NCBI GenBank assembly: GCA_044892505.1
Contig: CM097882.1
Coordinates: 44,950,001 to 45,014,000 of the forward strand
Reading direction: 5' to 3'
From: Schmidtea nova
Taxonomy: Eukaryota
DNA length: 64,000 nt
Below, in pieces: positions 61,401 to 64,000 of this stretch. Every line of letters starts with the position of its first letter. Position 1 is the stretch's first letter. A program made the position numbers and the translations under genes. Below the pieces are notes generated by a model. That model saw nothing but the letters and a program-made list of their open reading frames with translations. It searched no databases and was not told the DNA's origin.

Positions 61401-61866
61401 GTTAGAATTCCGAGAATTGAGTCAGAAGAGAGAACAAAACGAGAAGGAAGAAACAATACCAAATCAACAAGAAAAATGGGAACCAGAGAAAGTGATCGAA
61501 GAAGTCAGACGGAGACAACAACAATACGAACAATGGGAAGCAGAATGGAAAGGTCAATATGGCGTGATGATAAACCAAAGTGAAACTCCGAAGATGAGCA
61601 TTGGGAAAACAATAATGGGATTAATCAGCATGGGAGTATTCATAGGGTGTATACCACTGATAACGATCATGATAGTATGTTGGAGATATGGCATGAGAAA
61701 TAAGACCATAGCAGTAAAATGGCCGGACGTAAAGGTCACGAATTACAACATAAAACTACCAAAAGAAGTACGAGAAGAACTGAAAAGACGATCAAAACAC
61801 GAAGAGATGTGGGTACAGATCGAGGACGAGGAACTGTTCGAAGGAAAACCAGTGATAGTTGTATAG
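52369..61866 (+). CDS. pol: Polyprotein segment 3 (3165 aa): rest of glycoprotein with TM, protease, RT, RNase H, integrase, ankyrin repeats, 4 FN3-like repeats, TM
   Basis: DTGA at 54325; YIDD at 55540; TDAS RNase H near 55985; HHCC finger 56629-56757; D-D-E motifs MDVVGP, TDQGTNF, GQTERFN; DKDGNTALHNA ankyrin near 57970; TM segments at about 53614-53715 and 61612-61683. Confidence 0.95.
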   Translation: MELPATNLVVMDTYIVELKSYEAFFEPTTGEMKTLSMCKIDRSMCQTGMSTLVYKPKVNECQLQLLQGAKFDEIQGKTFQEEDDDDKARAKHLKEALENKRQLRPDHREKRIEMRTTPTVLITTNQDVGMRFIKGKATLKCSTTVYETNYPGIYVSKQELPNAKPKIDTMDIKLHLYVNNKMDFLFHRGQASLQKVYYDLINNDCILNREILKTKLAVAITNPDSAMPLLPLREGHFGRVVGEAMYVYICEKTHASLAATTQLKPGQCTNELEVHYKGKVRYVQPVTRIINPPGFEPNPFNCSNAYGPLYQKPDGKWVMFPGRTEVLAPREFELMQLSKDRQFSDVDVSNNGIYSPKDLEAARQNILFPARREALLSNIVTITGGTNYREGPNYELLLSPAHFKKATENMMKAMWGRFLIFGQMMAGILGVILIIQIVRVILTQMLACFDIYKREKKVNWKMVVGFLPFLAKTMVLHGHSKDIHRIKRLLKILAKMKGTNEDVGRKFKKIMQDEQARRQLKKERKGLWERVRGYRTQDDSSNDDDDDDDRGGQANINQIPQYAEKSAVENWRYSAPPQSMYNKPIYKAKPNMMQMMPMTSIYPIIPEGCKVKRGKSVDSLEDTHTIAVMSTNMGPILTTTIEINRKEIEAMIDTGANISAIDINYIPEKNQGEIEKTNVHVIACSQETVEVAGRWFVKIKHRGAEINTYIAVIPSLSVPCIIGTDLMPDLFKEIVIDLGAMKLKDRTGKICRMKVKVASAEQIVVPARHELMCYVKIDSTIKGDMVFEPSKKFEAKKELPMARELVTINQEGEIPINLVNFDEEDKIIYENERLGKLTPMSEIEIPDKNEKSKDELPWTIDSVLLDERQKEQLQKLLMEYKDIFAASDLDLGTCDVTLHTIPLTDETPIALRPYKLAEAQKAVAEEEVQKMLDAEVIEPSCSPWQFPVVMVKKKDGTQRFCIDYRRLNAVTKRDTYPLPDINEMLLTLQGAAYFTSLDLKSGYWQIKMKDEDKEKTAFTIGRDLYQFKKMPFGLTNAPASFQRCMNFVTHGIKQCMVYIDDLLIYSATFEDHLQDIRNVFVKLRQWKLKLKPSKCDWAKEKVTFLGHIVSAKGKEPDPRNIEKVKECPPPKTVTQIQEFLGLCGYYRKFIKDYAGISKPMQELVRQDVSFVWGGEQQAAFETLRDKLITAPILVHPDFKKPFLLATDASGYAAGAVLGQFDEEGKERVIGYYSRTFRKHEKNYSVTEREAYAIILAIKHFKYLLWGHEIYITTDHQPLVWLGQHKESSSRLMRWAMQLQEYSPFIKFKAGKANANADCMSRFTFPELVNLNALKICALIAEDLDFSELRKDQLEDEELGLISKYLKEREMEIFGKNQTLCEHMQKYQHRYVMEKGWLLIQDGERRLMCLPANRRKEIMTQYHDGKLGGHMSAKKTIGRLRQKYFWPTMEDDVKEWIKNCLTCATRKNVGTKWKTPLKPMPIPAEPMATIAMDVVGPLPESLKGNQYILVVTDYLTKFPEAFAMPDQKAKTVARILVEEICCRYGTPKKILTDQGTNFMSEILDEVTNYFRIAKLRTSPYHPQTNGQTERFNGTLIRMLSNYVSKHQTDWDEYINLCLMAYRMSIHAATKLSPFQLMYGRDCNLPIDLEYQPPLSQYMEVDDYVTKFKERMQEIWKTAELNIKFYQESYKDLHDQKKNVKAHDLKVGDWVIIETPEIIPGTVKKLQRPGKGPYEITTVNENNVRVRLVNNPLVRPIYVNACRCRKIPKTATVLPEKRVMTRSQTARISMLRVQQKPQTSLEDNRREIIDIKELAKKTREIIPEWKWWFDFNILSEVRKNVMEYAKDRTAHPITRTLLEEIPQTLNLQDKDGNTALHNAIKHGGNEKVKEIVEMILEGGGEIDKVNWEGITPLMMMTIHGRNDEIIKLFGNTRSNWMAKDKEGRTFLNHAIDRANHRILKYITENATWEIDELTRGSIMKQAIGVKNSKTWRILLKWKRPEGDSWVVNCNEVFTRGENALLKHLLEVTYDPKTLAVLIARDTLRVSENPREYKLEDRKKELFGLIKRWCDKQWNPDMSFEHFYDIQKQHKEISKRYKELVEALKYGQFFRQAVYQDQRMKQMQTRIRSKAVLFNAKAEYQERLDAIVAKAQERLSEFKENKNSLEILGAITEKVHRYAQGDYNESDIETIKNQMPVAFLLSKDGRLPIHWALRRKKENEVLEITKAMVKCEADMNTVDDNGDTIMIIAARKKTKLKVLNELYEAGAKIEGKNGKNNSIIDIAIQWNNFEMIKFIKSIKRHEDIEYLANNVKNFSLTVMIHDVEKTRALLTWVNPITKEPVFKINDHMEQNQNWCIRSALLRHKKPEIVEEFLKRRDLKFTNNSKEQERIGRWKDLFRKYVNEWTNAKETIKQSRLKDIEPSKDMEIREFESSTLAVQAYERLIEEINVEDDIFKGPGGGYRDFDDKSNNEKNNEDNDNKRTENNEKERQEEPKPTRNDKKGEAEERENNGTKDEHANYGKRTGSLLLRPEMLCIAILITIIGQGEAKKQYVTLEIIRGNEVYERICWKENLKKNDTLKCILSDLKRDVIQIKGLEKEKSYIICAIKQRGEPKAPQVTACQLYKATEALNIQKWIGKRSEETTRRTEVESEKGKNQTEAEEGIRNRTEKERITKNPAGKLTFQPELICVALILILIKRIMEDIDISVMTLVNIQDQRTTNGRCWGRNNEVIGISETRESREAETNEEIEITEMETEKTCELCLMEKAANGNRPGTSECKVFQAKEIIEFPKRKKQDQETIANEVVTVEIKNIGRRTIGMCWRKYIGVPTNNIIPQCRTRERGIPFQLNGFEVGQAYEICVIRRIREIIQRSLECKLYKTPEQINGTRTIEMGGSRQRKRKSKRTTTTNSQGTQQATTERTTIENEPESTTLIIWKIHKKVLEICWTLMPNSMGKSPRNCQKTSNDKGEIIEVEMRKLKTNAEYEVCAIEEVDAQGNPQERCETYYTPIKRRIKKLEFRELSQKREQNEKEETIPNQQEKWEPEKVIEEVRRRQQQYEQWEAEWKGQYGVMINQSETPKMSIGKTIMGLISMGVFIGCIPLITIMIVCWRYGMRNKTIAVKWPDVKVTNYNIKLPKEVREELKRRSKHEEMWVQIEDEELFEGKPVIVV

Positions 61867-61989
61867 AGGGTGGAATATGAGTGTAAATAGTAGTGTAAAA
61901 ACCAATGCATAACCGTATACGTATGGGTATAAATATTATAAAACAGAAAAACAGAAAAAGAGAATGATGTATATAATCTAGAAAAAACG

Positions 61990-62340
61990 ATGAACCAAGA
62001 AAATATCGAGATGTCAATGATGACAAGATGGAAAGTGCAATGTGACCTGCTAGCCAGAACAGTAAATGAATTACAGAGCCAGTTGACGGCCAAAACGCAA
62101 TTATTAACCGAGAGTTATAACTGTAATTTCGAAGCAATGAACAAAATCGAGATCCAACAAATACAGATAAACGAATTACAGAACGAGAACCGAACATTAA
62201 ATGAAGTGAACAACTGGCAAGCAGAGGAAATTGATCGATTAACGAGACATGAAGAGGAGGAGATACCGGATAGTTGGACGAGCTGGATTGTAAATGAAAT
62301 AGACGTGTATCCAGAGCCAGATTCAACTGAGGATGTATAG
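61990..62340 (+). CDS. 3' accessory ORF, 116 aa, coiled-coil with acidic Trp-containing tail, unknown function
   Basis: ATG-started ORF in the element's A-rich codon style; heptad pattern; CTAG acceptor 8 nt upstream; AATAAA at 62373. Confidence 0.65.
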   Translation: MNQENIEMSMMTRWKVQCDLLARTVNELQSQLTAKTQLLTESYNCNFEAMNKIEIQQIQINELQNENRTLNEVNNWQAEEIDRLTRHEEEEIPDSWTSWIVNEIDVYPEPDSTEDV

Positions 62341-62429
62341 TGAATAAGCGGAAAACTGTGTAAATACGTGTAAATAAAGAACCAGAAAAATCAAAAATAT
62401 GGGGAAATTGATGTAAATATTGTTGTAGA

Positions 62430-63842
62430 ATGAGAGCAGAAAGCGAAGCAGATTACCAAACCATCGAGATTCTAAGAAGAGAAAATCGACAGTGGGGAGT
62501 AAATGTGACGTGTGTAAAGTGTAAAAATCTACTGTTAAAACCGAGGCAAACGGAATGTGGATGCAGGATGTGAACCAAGTGTATATTGCAAATAATCAGT
62601 GAAAGTGAGACAAGAAAGTGTCCAGAGTGTGACGATAAACTACTGATCAACGAGACAAAACCAGATAAAGCAATACAAAAGGAGATCTGGAAGATAAAAA
62701 CAGAGTGTATAAACCAACCATGCGAATGGAAAGAACAAATAATCGAGCTAAGACAACATCTGGAGAAATGTGAAAACAAGAAAGCGATATGTGAAAAGTG
62801 TCAACAGACGATAACCATCAAGCAGTCGAAAAAGCACAAGGATGAGTGCAAAGCAGAGATAATAGAGTGTCAATACTGCGAACAAAGAGAGACGAGAGAA
62901 GTAATTGAAACAGAACATCTCAACGTAGCAGAAGAGAAAGTGTGTGGAAAATTCAGAGGAATTTGTCCAAGTAATTGCGGAGCCGGAGAAGAAGTGATGT
63001 TGAGAGAACATTGGGAACAATGCGAATCAAGACCAAGGAAGTGCGTATGGAGTAAACAAGGATGTTTAGTAAAGAAAACGAGCAAAGACATGAAAGAGCA
63101 TTTAGAAACAGAGACAGTACAACACGCAGAGATACTAACAGAAAATTTAAACGGAATGGAACAAACCATACAGAAGCTGGGAAAAGAAATCGAATCTCAG
63201 AGGATAATGACCGAGTTATTACTGGAAACGAGAGAACAATTCGAGCTCACCAGAGAAAAAATGATGGAGAAAATCAAAGTCATAGAGACATTGGTAAAAG
63301 AAGTAAACGTGCGACATCAAATGTGGATACGAGATACAGAGGATATCGAGAGTTTACCTGTTGCGCCATATGTATGGAAAATCAAGAACTTCAACGAAAA
63401 GTTCACAACAGCAAAAGCAGGAAGTCAAGTATTGGTAACAAGTCCACCATTTTATCTGTGGAAAAATGGATACAAAGTTCGAATGAGAATTTATCCAAAT
63501 GGAGATGGATCAGGAAAGGAAACGCATGTGTCATTATTCTTTGCGTTGTGTAAAGGGGGTTACGACGACATATTAGAATGGCCGCTAGAGACAAAGGCGA
63601 TAATGAGAGTGAAAAACTCGAGAGAAACGATTGTGAGAATATTCAAAATTGATGGTAAGCACGAAGCTTACAAAAGACCAACCACAGAATGTTCATTAGC
63701 GACTGGAGAACCAAAATTCATACCACACCAAACAATGTGGGAGATGTTGTACGACGACAACTTATATGTAGAGTTGGAGATCGAAAAGAAAACAAGTACA
63801 ACAGTGATGAACACGAAGTCAACGAAAGGATGGTTGGAGTAG
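62430..63842 (+). CDS. TRAF-family protein (RING - TRAF zinc fingers - coiled coil - MATH) with an in-frame TGA at 62571-62573
   Basis: From ATG 62430: CVKCKNLLLKPRQTECGCRM*TKC...CPEC RING, CxNxxCxW...LxxHLxxC zinc fingers, and MATH motifs YVWKIKNF, SPPFY..KNGYKVRMRIYPNGDGSGKETHVSLFF..KG.YD.IL.WP. Confidence 0.9.
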
Positions 63843-63931
63843 TCAGAGTGAACGACCCTGTAAATAAAGTGTAAAAATCGACGACAACAATAAACATATA
63901 GTATAACAAGTGTAAATTTGTAAATTACAGA

Positions 63932-64000
63932 ATGGAAAACGTAAACGAACATGTAATCGAAGATGAAACGAGAAACGAGATGTCAAACGAACAAGAAGCA
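63932..64000 (+). CDS. Further accessory ORF, truncated by the window end
   Basis: MENVNEHVIEDETRNEMSNEQEA..., open to the end, preceded by a TTACAG acceptor like the other accessory ORFs. Confidence 0.5.
   Translation, partial: MENVNEHVIEDETRNEMSNEQEA

Larger units (their letters stand above)
40383..64000 (+). mobile_element. Giant env-bearing Ty3/Gypsy LTR retroelement (Burro-like) with captured cell-death and immune-signalling domains; 3' end outside the window
   Basis: Abrupt compositional change near 40.3 kb; PBS at 42918; gag with CCHC knuckles; PR-RT-RH-IN order; fusogen, Bcl-2, ankyrin, FN3, RING and TRAF domains all on the + strand. Left boundary uncertain (about 40230-40383). Confidence 0.9.

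Noticed and set aside
46532-63952. Numerous minus-strand ORFs rich in Phe/Leu/Ser
   Set aside because: Shadow frames expected opposite an A/G-rich coding strand; no motifs.

Overview
AT-rich metazoan genomic window with short introns and five N gaps (about 1025-1161, 12600-12732, 28282-28621, 28809-29141, 29836-29994). Bases 1 to about 39.8 kb are host DNA dominated by decayed transposons: Gypsy, mariner, Tc1, Merlin, several hAT copies and MITEs. This part also holds a UCHL5-like processed pseudogene, the first two coding exons of a GRB2-like adaptor, and an inverted pair of minimal hammerhead ribozymes. From about 40.3 kb to the window end lies one very large, nearly intact Ty3/Gypsy LTR retroelement, over 23 kb and still running at 64000. 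It has an ORF-bearing ~2.5 kb 5' LTR, a tRNA-Pro PBS, and a 4 kb leader with an IAP-type RING gene and two repeat arrays. A ~15 kb reading unit follows: Gag (3 CCHC) - 2 ubiquitin-like domains - Bcl-2-like domain - chuvirus-type glycoprotein - PR - RT - RNase H - IN - ankyrin repeats - 4 FN3-like domains - TM. It is broken only by one TAG and one +1 frameshift. A 3' array of separate genes, including a RING-TRAF-MATH protein, comes last. Nearly all accessory ORFs sit directly behind a splice-acceptor AG. As I recall, this resembles the giant 'Burro' Gypsy elements of planarians, which would suggest a flatworm host (inference, unverified). All domain calls come from reading motifs by eye; no searches were run.
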